From assembly GCA_051942165.1 (NCBI GenBank), contig JAVECS010000004.1:1-63396 (forward strand): a DNA stretch of 63,396 nucleotides, in the 5' to 3' direction. The notes below the pieces were generated by a model. That model saw only the letters and a program-made list of their open reading frames with translations. It did no database searches and was not told where the DNA came from. The stretch comes from Circinaria calcarea. Taxonomy: Eukaryota. The translations under genes were made by a program, and so were the position numbers. Shown piece by piece: positions 48,071 through 60,054 of the stretch; the stretch's first letter is position 1; each line of letters starts with the position of its first letter.

Positions 48071-49489
48071 CTAATATTTGCTTTCCTTTCCGTTGACAAT
48101 CGGTGGCGACGCCTGCAGTGGCACCTCCTCGTTGTCCAGCTCATTGGCGTCTTCTGCTGCTCCTTTCCCTGGCATCTCCCACTCCTCTCCTTTTGAAGCC
48201 TTACTTTCCTCGTAACTTTCCAATGACAGGTCGCGCATGCTCTTCAGGTTCTCCTTCTCTTCTCTAACTAACTTCTTTCTCTCTTTCCTAGCCACAGTCC
48301 GGTCCACCACCGGTTGAAATCGCCTAATGTCCTTGTTCAAATGCCTCTGTTGCCTGACCTTATCGAGCTTCTGTCTCCTGAATATCCTCGCGGCCGCGGC
48401 TTCTGATGTTCCTTCGACATCCTCCATGGGATTTTCAAGCCGCCTGTCGGGTACTCGCTCAGTCTCAACAACTACAACCTTCTTCTTCGCCCCGGTCTTC
48501 CACAGCAACTCCTCGGTAGCACGATCCGTGGTCCATTCGCCCCATTCCTCCTTCAGCAACTTCACCAATTCGTTACTCTGCGGTTGCAAGTAGCTGACAG
48601 CCTTAATCCTATTCCAGCCTAGGCACTCCCAGCTCCCCTTGGCCTCAAATCTCCTCGTGTGCTCACTCCCCAGAAACACCGGAAATATGACTTTACTGAC
48701 ATCCGCCACCACAAGTTCTGGAAACATTGATGGCGAAGTCACAGCATTACTGCGGGTTCCCTCCTGGAAGAGTAAATGAAAGTTTCCGTTGGCGACAAAG
48801 AACTCGTGACGGGACTTCATGTTGCGCTGTGGCGGGGTTTGGTAGAGGAGTACAAATGCTAGGATGCCTGGCTTGGACGGGATGGCGTTGAGGGTTTTGG
48901 GATGAGTAGAGGGTTCGCCGAAGACGTGAGTAATCTGGGGGGCGGTGTAACGGAGATCGGACATGTACTTGGAGAAGGGGATTTTGGAGTCTTTCTTCGA
49001 CTTCTTGGACATAGTGGGCTTTTCAGCTTTCTCGCTAGCAGCTTCCTTTCCTTGTTCGGTTTGCGAGGGGGAACCGTCCATATTAGCTGATATAGCAGGG
49101 GATATGTCCTCGGCTTTTGGGCAATTTGCCGGGGCCGGCTTGGATTTTTTGTGCTTCTTCGAACTGATATCATCTTCTCCCATTCTATCTTTTGAAGGTA
49201 GATGTTCCACGTTCGCTACGGCAGCAGGGGTGTCCTGAGGTTTTTGGCCGTCTGCTGGGGTCGGCTTTGACCTTTTGGACTTCTTCGTGCCAACATTCCC
49301 TTTTCCCACCTCGGCTTGCAAAGAGGGCTCGTCCATGTTACCAGCCACAGCAGGGAATATGTGCTCAGGGTTCCTCGAGCCTGTGACGCCTGGCTTGGAT
49401 TTTCTGGATCTTTTGGGCCCGACGGGCTGCACGGTTTCGGAAATGGTAGTCTCTATCCCCATTTCATCTTGTACTGGTCTGTTGTCCAT
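48071..49489 (-). CDS. Hypothetical protein with Lys-rich N-terminal repeats and a central globular domain
   Basis: 472-aa intronless ORF. Central KTLNAIPSKPGILAFVLLY...LGWNRIKAVSYLQPQSNELVKLLKEEW resembles an uncharacterised fungal domain. Confidence 0.75.
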   Translation of the reverse strand: MDNRPVQDEMGIETTISETVQPVGPKRSRKSKPGVTGSRNPEHIFPAVAGNMDEPSLQAEVGKGNVGTKKSKRSKPTPADGQKPQDTPAAVANVEHLPSKDRMGEDDISSKKHKKSKPAPANCPKAEDISPAISANMDGSPSQTEQGKEAASEKAEKPTMSKKSKKDSKIPFSKYMSDLRYTAPQITHVFGEPSTHPKTLNAIPSKPGILAFVLLYQTPPQRNMKSRHEFFVANGNFHLLFQEGTRSNAVTSPSMFPELVVADVSKVIFPVFLGSEHTRRFEAKGSWECLGWNRIKAVSYLQPQSNELVKLLKEEWGEWTTDRATEELLWKTGAKKKVVVVETERVPDRRLENPMEDVEGTSEAAAARIFRRQKLDKVRQQRHLNKDIRRFQPVVDRTVARKERKKLVREEKENLKSMRDLSLESYEESKASKGEEWEMPGKGAAEDANELDNEEVPLQASPPIVNGKESKY

Positions 49490-50630
49490 AGTAGCAACCG
49501 TAATACCGAAGCCCTTTGGCTGGGAATGTCGTTAGTTGGGCTTTAGCCTACTTTGCCTGTTTTACCAGTGGATGGTAATTTACCCAAACAAACATGTATC
49601 AACAATCGAGTTAAAATCAAAAATATACCGATAGTAACACTATCTATCAAAGAACGATGAAAGCTCTACACTCAGCCTCAGTAATCTCAATTTTTACTTT
49701 TATCCCCGTTACGATTTCCATGTGCGTGACCAGTATTGTACTTTTGTTGCAACTTTCCACGGTCTACGTAAAGAAAATATTCCAGGACATTCCTTCGCGC
49801 TCGCTTCTGGGTGGTGTTGTTCATGTCGCACAAACGTCTACCGTAGATCTGCAGATCTGCAGATCGGAAGACACGTGATGGCGGTAGCCCTATCAGCGTT
49901 TGCGGCCACTCTCGTCCTCTAGAACATTTGATATCGGGGTGTCACAGAGACTGTCTAATAAGAAGGGAGAGATTCAATGAGGCCCTTGGGCTGGGGGCTT
50001 GTTATCAGTTCGCATGGGGTAGTATTGGTTAGATAGAGTAGATAGTTGGGTTTCATTGTGTGCGTCGGGACCTTTTTTGGGGGAGTTAGAAAGGGGGGGG
50101 GGGGTTTCTTAGCATTTACAGGAGGCTGAGTAGATACAAGGTATCTACTGCGATCTTCGTCCCGGAGCCATGCCTATTCCCTTACCACTCATAAGAACAC
50201 AGCTCAAACACCAAATTACAAACGGGTAGTTCTAGATATTCTTCCAATGAGAGTCCTCGTCATGGTTTATAGACAGCTGCCTTGGGTATTGAAATGATGC
50301 GGTACGCCCTACTCTTCGCTACTACCGAATGCATTAACTCAGTGAAGCATTAGGACTGATCAGAAACGTTGGCGGCGGGAGCGGAGAGCTGATTGAAGGC
50401 TTATTTGGAGGAAGTAAACTGCGTGACATAGATGCGCCTTCTTCCCCAGCGTCCCGCAAAGACCCTAAACAGATTCTCGTTAGGTGGTTCTATCACCATT
50501 ATAGCTCCTCCTCGCTTTCTCCACCTTCAAATGCCCGAACGTTTTTTATGGCGCCGTACTTGCTGTATTAGCCGAGACCAATAAATACCCGCCATGACCT
50601 CAGTCTCTCTAGGCGCCTTATTGAGTATGC

Positions 50631-52447
50631 TCAAGTTTCGACGTTCTTGACAGTAACATGCACACCATTCTGTGTCTTCAGCCCTGGAAGAAATTGATCG
50701 CTGCCAACCTCGACATCCTCGATGGTGGTTCTGTGGAGCTCAAAATCGAATCTCGAAAAAACTGTCGGCACGGCAAGGTACAATTCGGCCCAAGCAAGGC
50801 TGACAACGTAACATGGTTAGTTTAATGGAGACAACTGGCCAATCAAGAAACGCCAAGATAATCAGCCAACTCACTTTTGGCCGACACAATTCCGCGTACC
50901 CTTTGAAAAAGGTACAAAGTATCTCTCAAGCCTTTTCCGCTCGACAGGATCCACCCAGCGCTCCGGGAGAAAGGCAGTAGAGTTGGGATAGATATCTTCC
51001 CTGTGATGCATGAGAAGCGCGGACATACCAACGGGGGTACCCGCGGGTATCTTCCAATCACCAAACTCGATTGTTCGATCCGGCGCTATCCGGGGAAGCC
51101 TTGCGACAGCTCCGTATGAAAGGCGAAGACCCTCCATGATGACCGCCGATAGGAAAGGTAGTCTTTCGAGCTCTCGAAGCTTCATGCAACGGTCAGGTTC
51201 AGGCTGTACAGTTTTCAGCTCCTCACGTAGTCTACGCAGCACCGCAGGATCATTGCAAATATGATAGGTTATGACCCTTAAGGCATGTGCCGTTGTCTCC
51301 GTTCCCGCGGAAACGATGTTTACGGCCTGCTGCTGGAGAATTGTGTCCGACTTGTCTGACGCTGGAAGGACGTTGGATGTGAGGAGCTCGTGGAAGACTG
51401 TCTTATGAGCTTTCTCTTGGAAGAGACCCTCTTGGCTTAAGGACCTAATTTTCCTGATTTGGACGAGGGTGTCCTACAAGAACGCATTAGCATCCAATAT
51501 ATCTCTTTATCAACACTAGGCGTAATACACAAGATGGGTGGACCTGAGGTGCAAACGTGCTTCATCAATTTACTTACCTCTTGTATGGCCTTCCAATGAC
51601 TAGCTTTAGGGGATAACATCTTGATCATCCAACTTGGGATCACAGCAAACATGGGTGGAAACCAAGTCACGAGCTTCCCCAAATGCCATACTCGTCCTAC
51701 CCCCTGGGCAGAGTCGACCATATCTTGGTTGAAATCTTCACGATCCAAATTACCATAACTCTTTTCCATAGCATACTCCGAGACAACATCCATGGTAAAG
51801 GCTGAAAAAGCAGTTCCAATCGGTAAGACTGCGCCAGAGGCTGCGAATCCCTCAATGCGTTTGACCAATTTGTCCGCTTGCGCTTGGATGACGGGTTCCA
51901 AGGCTGAGATCTTCTGCTTTGAGAAAAACGGATTCAGAGCTGCCCGGCGAATGCGATGCTGGTCGTGATCGAGGGTACCGAGGACTGAATGCAGCAGGCC
52001 GAATGCTTTATAAAACCAAGGGTACTTGTCCCATCGGCCGTCCTGCCTGTACAAGGTTGGATAAAAGTCCGGATCGTCAATGTGAAGTTCATATGGGCTT
52101 ATGCGGACAATGGGCCCTTGTCCGAGGGCACGGGTTAGCGGAGACCATACGAGCAAAGGCTTTGCACTTGAGGTCGAAAGCGCCATTGGCAGGATTCGCT
52201 TACCGTATTGCTGGTGCATCTCCTTAACTTTCCAGATGTACATCCCTCCCTTCAGAACATCGTAGTAGAGCTCATAATATCGCGTTGTCGCTGCTAGACG
52301 TGGTCCGGGGAATCTTGCAAGAGGATGAAAGAACAGACGATACAAAGCGAGACCAAGGAGATATAGGAGGAAGAGAGAGCCCAACAGAAGTATCACACGA
52401 CGGTCTTGGGTCAGATCTATTGCGCCTGCCATGGCGAGAATAGTCAT
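50631..52447 (-). CDS. Cytochrome P450 (trichodiene oxygenase/CYP58-like clan)
   Basis: N-terminal TM helix and HPLARFPGP, GPIVRISPYELH, I-helix AGTETT, EGLR, PERW, heme motif FSKGTRNCVG; last exon ends at 50631. Confidence 0.96.
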
Positions 52448-53181
52448 TCTCGAGTGTAGGGAGTGAATGAGCTTGATGCATTCTATACGGAAGGATTGCT
52501 ATATATACTGTGGCCTCGAGAGTGTTGAGATGATGGGGCATTGACATATACGAGAGGCTGTCAGCAATGCTGGCCTTGAGTATTCGTAGCCATCTGCGCG
52601 AATGTCATCTCGATGCAGACAGAGGGTGGAGAGACACAGGTGATAATTGGATGCTCCGGGAGAGCGGTGAAACGGTGACAATGCATGGACAGTCCTCACT
52701 AAGCCAAAGATATTTTCGTGATTAGGTTATTCAATCAATGCTGCCGGCTGACCGTCTGCCGCCTGGGGGGGGGGGAGCTTCAAGGCCTGCAGTAGTCAAA
52801 GTCGCACGATTACTCCATACTAAGGTGGTGATGGTCACAATCACTCGGATGGCTTATGGTAGGGTCTGTTTGGATGCCCCCGATTATTGGGATCGATTTG
52901 CGAAATCGAGATTGGTCTTGCTGAGCGGCTGGGGTCGGACCGAGCCCGGGCGGGGCGGAATATCTCCGTCACTCTTATCCGAGGTACCTAAGCAACGAAA
53001 ATCACAGTGGTAGATCGAGAGAATCCTAACAGTGGTTAAGAAGGCCATTAACCTTCGATCCCGTCGGGCTTTGCGCCTCCGTAAATCACATTTATCCCTA
53101 TCCGAAACGCCTTGCTAACGTGATGGATGCATGCATAACAATGACAGCAGAACTTCCCGAAAACTGACGAGCGAATACCGT

Positions 53182-56100
53182 TCAAGGATGCGGAGTGCTG
53201 GAATCCTTGGCCACTCCATTGGTAGTGGGCGGGTTCACATGCTTCTCACTGGATTCAGGCGGCTGATTGCTCGGTTCGCTGGCTTGGCGAGCCAACTTCT
53301 CCTCAACGACGTGGCGGACGTAGTCACCAATGTCCCCGGCGCCGTCGATTTTGCTGATTCGAGACTGGAAGAAATCGACATCACGAAGAAGCCTGGCTCA
53401 GGTTAGCGGATTACGGGCTCGCAGCGCAAGGCAAAGCATACCTGTCTCTACCCGCCGGCGACCTCACTGCCACCTCTCGAAAGGCTCTGCTCCATTGCTC
53501 CCGATAACTGTCCATGACGGGCATCATGATCATCGCGACAGTTGTCTCGGGCAAGTGCTTGCTCAGCACCTTGTGTAAGGTCGTGGTCTCTTTGATCAAA
53601 GTCTCCATGTAACCGTTGACAGCTTGTCCGGTAGAGGGACGATCCCAGTCGATTTTCTTCATATCAGTCACGTGTGCCGCAGCTCGTCCGCTCATGATGT
53701 CGACTAACTTGTCATGGATTGCGGCTTGATGATCTTGGTACAGCCTCTTGACTTTATCGAACTCTATCATGAGACTCCCGGAATTAGCAGACTGCCTCCG
53801 GACGAACTCTCGAATATGCGGTATCAGAGCAATAATGAAGCTTAGAGCCTGCGATGACAAGGCAAGGTGTTTGGTGGTAATGTTCTTGAGGCCCGCACTT
53901 CTTGTCGCTCCAGCACCCAAGATTAGTTGTGATGATCGAGAATTGAACAATTTCAGGTAGTCGCAAAGCAGACCGGAAATTGCTGGAGCCATGCTTGGGA
54001 TCCCGGTGAGTAAATGTTCAAGTTTCTCAATACCGCCGGAGACAGCCATGGCTGACTCTGGTAGGATGTACCTTTGTTCATCAATGACTGCACTGCGGAT
54101 CTTGTCTCTACTGCCTGGAACGCCATTGACAGTTGTCCCGTTCAATTGTGGTCGGCTGCTATTCCCAAGTGGCTCTTCCCATAGCATATGATCTTTACTC
54201 CAGGCCTCGACGTCTCTGGTGCTTGCCTCTAAAATTTGAGCAAGTCTCTGCGAATCTTCCTCCGAGAAGTCCTTGGCGTCCCAACGGTCGGCATCCATGC
54301 TCTGCACCAGGCTTGCTCTTTCAATCTCACCGAAGTGACCCACGAACTCCTTGATATGTGTATTTACGACAGTGGTCAATGCGGCTCCACCTCTGCCGGA
54401 GACGGCCTCGCATTCATCAGCGAAAAGCCTATTGAGAGTAAAGTACCGTAGAAACGGTGTCAAATCCAAGCGGGTGCTTTGATCCGCACGCACTTTCAAA
54501 ATCTTTATTATCTGAGCATGTGCAATATCAACCGCTTGTCCGAGAAGACTCGAGAGATCTAGTGCTTGTTGAATCTCCTCATGCCGGATCGTTGCCGCTG
54601 GTGGCCCAGGGCTAGGCTCTCCCTTGAAATAGCTATCTATCATGAGAATTTGCGGGCTCTTTGGTGGTGACTTTAGAGGATTCTGTGCATGAGGATTCCC
54701 AAGGTTGCTTGTGATGTCAAGGAGAACTTTTACTTGGGTTCCGAGTCTCCTGAGCGCTTCACCGATATTGGAGTATATTTTCTTGAACATGTCTTCCGCA
54801 CCCTCGGGCTCAAGGGCGCGTAAGTTCCTAGCCAGGATAGACGACCTCTCTTGCTGTGAAGTGTGGCGGCCTTCTTGCGTAGATGTAGACATTGTCGACT
54901 CGGCATCATCATCATTGGAGCTCGGCAGGTGCCTTCTGATCAAATTTTTGAACTCGCGTAAGACGGCATCGCGATATGCTACAGTGGCCGACATGATAGA
55001 ATCTGAGCGCGCCAAGCCTTTTAGCTGGACAAGTAATGCCGAGCGGAGTTCATCGCTCACTTGTAGATAAGTAGGGAAGTGAGAAGGAGTCCGAGAATGG
55101 TTTCCACGAGACCTGTTAGAAGCCTTGTCCCACCTCTGAAAAGTCATATCTGAGGGAACGGCATCGACATGATTCTTAAGGTCTCCCAGTAACGTGTCAA
55201 TGAACCTTGTCTCAAAGGCTTTGCCAATCCTTTTTCGTAAAAAGGCAATATCATTTCCGGCCCCTTGTAACGCTTTAATTCCGCGAAGATCGAACAAGTT
55301 GGGGCCATACTCTGGGTGCTTCTGACCCAGGTTTGACGCCAAGGGATCATGGTGACCAGCCATAAGATTCTCAACTTGGACCAGTCCTTTCAGCGCTTCT
55401 TCAATATCGCCTCCATCAACCTGGTCTTCACATCGAGTAACCGCTTCCACCACCTGATGTAACTGCTGCACAGCATCACCAAGCTTCCTCAGGTTTTCGC
55501 GTCGTTTACGCATTGCAGCGATCTTCAATCCTCCAACAGCCATGCCCCGGTCTAACTTTGCAAGATCTTCTCGAAGAGCTTTAATCTTAGTTACTGACTG
55601 GGCAGCTTCGAAATGCAGTTCTCTAAGAGATCCGAGAGCAGCGAAGAACGATGTGGAGGCCGACGAGATGGATGATATCAGATGTATTTCAACTGTATCC
55701 ATGTACCATGACAATTTCTCCTGTAAAATTGCATTTGTGGCGAGCGCCTTTCTGCCGCTCGCTCCTGATGCTGCTGTAGAACCGTTGACTCCTGGTGGCT
55801 GTCTTACTATCTCTGACCGCTCGCTGACGATATCAAAAGTCCTTGGATTCTCAAGTCTGAACTCGTCTTCAAAGTAGACGTTTGGAACGGTCGAAAGTGG
55901 CGCAACTGCGAGTCCAGCTCGTCGGGAGATCCCACCGCTAGTCCTTCTTTTAGGCTGCGGCGCTTCGAGAGGAGATCCAAAAATCGGGGTAGTCGAGTCC
56001 GTTCTGGCTATGCTTGGAGTTCCCGATTGCCTTCTCTGCATACCATGCACCAAAGGCTCCAAATGTACTAACTCTCCCTTTGGATTCTTCCTAGTAACCG

Positions 56101-56613
56101 GCGCCCCTTTCTCATCACTCCCATCCCTCGCCAGTTGGAAAGCCTCGTACAAAGATCCAGCCTGAGCTAGGTACGGTTGAAATGCACCCGTGTCGACGTG
56201 CGGGATGTTCGTTAGAGTCACGGGGGGGATATCTCTGGTTGAAGGAGGCTTTTGGGCGCCAGGCCCGGACGTATGGGGAAGAAGACCGGTACGGATAATG
56301 GGAGGTTGCAATAGAGTGGAAATAGCTGTTCCGCATGAGTATAACACGTCTGTTGCCGTGGGGAGAATTTTATTGACTTGCCATTCTTGCCCAACTCCGC
56401 TATTGAGGTTCCCCTACTCTGCGACGTCGACTCCAAGATTCCGCCGATGGACGCAATGGAACTTGTAACCGACGCTCGTTTGGAATCATACCGACTGCTG
56501 GAACCTGGTTGCGGTGGAAAGTCGACTGGGGGAAAAGGGTATTGATTCGTAGACGGGGTACTGTGAGGCGATACGGAATTGTCGATGGATCGCCTGGATG
56601 TGGGAGAGGACAT
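53182..56613 (-). CDS. VPS54: GARP complex subunit Vps54
   Basis: LQEKLSWYMDTVEIHLI, LFNSRSSQLILGAGATRSAGLKNITTKHLAL, IHDKLVDIM; introns near both ends. Confidence 0.95.
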
Positions 56614-56937
56614 ATCGAGCAGCGTCCCAGCTGCATGGGGAACTAGCTGCGGACAGTTTTGAGGGGGTAGACATCAATCAAAAAAGCGGCTATTTCTACT
56701 ACTTATGGTAGAGTAGGTTGTTGTATCTTGGTGAGATGCCTGTAGTGGTTGTTGGCTTGGTAAATCTACAGTCTACGGACAAATTGCGCGGAGCTTTGCC
56801 ATTTGCTGATGTTCCAACAGAATGATCGCGGCTGCCTTACAAGGCGGACGCTAGCCTGGAAATATTCGGGCTACGGAGTTAGCGCATCCCCGACCCCGGA
56901 ATCTCCTCCCCAAAACCACTTTAGAATTAACACGTCT

Positions 56938-56954
56938 GACGCGCCACTACGCGT
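56938..56954. promoter_or_regulatory. MCB-like cell-cycle elements upstream of MCM5
   Basis: ACGCGT at 56949-56954 and an adjacent ACGCG at 56939, in the VPS54/MCM5 divergent promoter. Confidence 0.45.
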
Positions 56955-57026
56955 CTCCCCTGGGTTGACTCTATTCCTCTGGATGGACGTTATCAAACGA
57001 CTAACTACGAACACATCAAGCCGACT

Positions 57027-59349
57027 ATGGATCGTCAATCAGTCTACTCGTTGAGTGTATTGCCCCCTGATCTTGACTTGAATGAGAATTCCAGAAGTCA
57101 AATCCAAAGCAAACTTCGCGAATTCGTCTTGGAGTTTCGTCTGGATAACGCCTTCATCTACCGGTTTGCAATACCCTTTTGCGGCAGTATGTGGTGATCA
57201 GTGACTGATAGGCTTGCAGTGATCAAATTCGGCAGAATATTTTGGTGAAGCAATACTACTGCGATGTCGACATTGCCCATCTCATTTCATACGACGAAGA
57301 ACTGGCGCATAAGCTCACGACAGAACCTGGAGACATTATCCCACTTGTGCGCTAGCATCGCTGCCCTTCTATAATGCCAGCTAACCATTCGCAGTTCGAA
57401 GCAGCATTGAAACAGTGTACAAACCGAATAGTCTACCCCTCGCAGAAACCAAGTGAGATCGGTCTACCAGAGCATCAACTTCTCCTGCATTCAACGGTAT
57501 CCCAAATCTCAATTCGTGATCTTGACTCTACAAACATATCGCATCTCGTTCGTATTCCAGGCATTGTAATCGGCGCATCGACGCTGTCCTCAAAAGCAAC
57601 GGCACTGAACATCCAATGTCGGAATTGCCAACATTCTGAGACTTTACCGGTAATAGGAGGATTCACAGGGGTAACACTACCACGAGTGTGTTCACGACCT
57701 CGACAAGAAGGAGATGTATCCGATAAATGCCCGCTGGATCCCTATTTCGTGGTCCATGAGAAGTGTCAATTTATTGACCAGCAAGTCCTGAAATTACAAG
57801 AAGCCCCAGATCAGGTACCCATTGGAGAGCTGCCGCGCCATATTCTTATCTCTGCAGATCGATATCTGACGAACCGGGTGGTTCCTGGCTCAAGATGTAC
57901 TGTCATGGGCGTTTTCTCAATCTACCAACATAAAGGATCTAAAAACTCATCCAATGCGGCTATAGCCATTCGAAACCCGTACTTGCGGGCTGTTGGGATT
58001 ACTAGCGATGTTGACCATACAGCCAAGGGAAACGCTATCTTCTCAGAGGAAGAAGAGCAGGAATTCTTGGAAATGAGTCGGCGTCCAGACTTGTATAATG
58101 TTTTCGCGAGCTGTATAGCCCCGTCTATTTATGGAAACCAAGATATCAAAAAAGCCATAGCCTGCTTGCTACTAGGTGGCTCGAAGAAAATACTCCCCGA
58201 TGGCATGAAGCTCCGGGGTGATATAAATGTTTTGTTACTAGGCGATCCAGGTACAGCGAAATCACAGCTTCTGAAATTTGTTGAGAAAGTCGCTCCTATT
58301 GCTATTTACACGTCAGGCAAAGGATCTTCTGCAGCAGGTCTCACAGCGTCAGTGCAGCGAGATACAAATACACGGGAATTTTATCTTGAGGGAGGGGCCA
58401 TGGTCCTAGCCGATGGAGGTGTAGTATGTATAGATGAGTTTGACAAGATGCGTGATGAAGACAGAGTCGCTATTCATGAAGCCATGGAACAACAGACTAT
58501 CTCAATCGCGAAAGCTGGCATCACTACTATTCTGAATGCGCGAACATCCGTTCTGGCAGCTGCAAATCCGATATTTGGTCGCTACGATGATCTAAAAACA
58601 CCGGGAGAAAACATCGACTTTCAGACCACGATCCTTTCTCGTTTTGACATGATCTTCATCGTTCGCGATGAGCACGAGAAAGGGCGGGACGAGCGGATAG
58701 CACGGCACGTTATGGGAATACACATGGGGGGCCGAGGGCTAGAGGACCAAGTGGAAGCAGAGATTCCCGTCGAGAAGATGAAGCGGTACATCAGCTATTG
58801 CAAATCGTAAGATTCTTCCGTATCCATATGACTGGCGACCTTACTAACTACATCAGCCGATGTGCTCCACGTCTGTCCCCTGACGCGGCCGAGAAGCTCT
58901 CATCCCATTTTGTCTCGATCAGGCGACAAGTTCATAGTGCAGAACTGTCTGCCAATGCCCGATCCTCGATTCCCATCACCGTCCGTCAACTTGAGGCTAT
59001 AATCCGTATCACCGAGTCTCTTGCCAAATTATCTCTTTCACCCATAGCCGCAGAATCCCATGTGGATGAGGCCATCCGGCTGTTCTTAGCTTCGACAATG
59101 GACGCTGTGACGCAAGGAGACGGACAGGGAAGCAAAGAGTTGATGCAGGAGGTTGGAAAGGTCGAGGAGGAATTACGAAGGAGACTGCCAATTGGATGGA
59201 GTACCAGTCTCGCAACACTGAGGCGGGAATTCGTCGAGGGAAGAGGTTACAGTGAACAGGCCCTCAACCGAGCGTTGATTGTTCTGCAGCGAAGAGAATC
59301 GGTGCAAATCAGGAATGGAGGAGGGCAAGTATATAGGAGTGGGGTTTGA
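57027..59349 (+). CDS. MCM5: DNA replication licensing factor Mcm5
   Basis: GDPGTAKSQ Walker [28 protein letters not shown] arginine finger, CPLDPY zinc-finger region, [10 protein letters not shown]. Confidence 0.97.
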
Positions 59350-60054
59350 TAGATTTCAATACCAGCATGTTTTGTTATCAGATATGTTCATGGCCTTTGC
59401 TGGATTGATATCGCGAGGGTAAGGGCAAGGGGCAGCTGGTCCAGGGCTGAAGGTGTTTGATACCATTAGATAGAGGCAAGGGTGGAATACATAACCAAAT
59501 TTAACGGCACTTGCAAACGTGTTAAAATTGAGCCTGGTCAATGGGAGAGCCGAAGACGTAACGACACGCTTGACGCAAAGATCCCGTCCTGAGCGATGCA
59601 TAAGCTGAAATGGCAGCGGAAAGGGAGTTGCACTGCCGGGAGAAGGATATTAATAGTTTAATAATAGATGTTTCGGCAGCCCGTGTCATTGCCGGATAGA
59701 GTTTGGGCAGATCTGTTCTAGATCATGGTAAGCGAAAGAATAGAGTGGCCCTTTCCCACCCGTGTATGGTATATTTGATTATCTATCGGACATGTGCTAA
59801 GACTGGCTTCCCTCGAGATTACAGTACCAGACTTGTTGGCAGTTTAGATGACCCTATCCTCGGCGATTATGATTGTGTCTGCGCCCTCGTTGGATACGCA
59901 ATCCTACATGGTGGTACTTTCCAATCGAATCAAACGATACCAGTGACGAGGATTCAAACTGGCTCCAGGAGCATTGGGGATCTCTCTCCCTTGCTGGCCC
60001 CTTCAAGAGTGTACCAAGCGACTGGCCCTTCCTAAGCATAGATTAATCGGCAAG

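Noticed and set aside
50079..50104. Poly-G runs (also about 52765-52775) as G-quadruplexes
   Set aside because: Simple homopolymers with no supporting context.
36157..52447. Possible terpenoid cluster (FPP synthase + SDR + P450)
   Set aside because: The prenyltransferase looks like housekeeping ERG20, embedded between GSY and CDC23 and about 10-15 kb from the tailoring genes; no cyclase is present.
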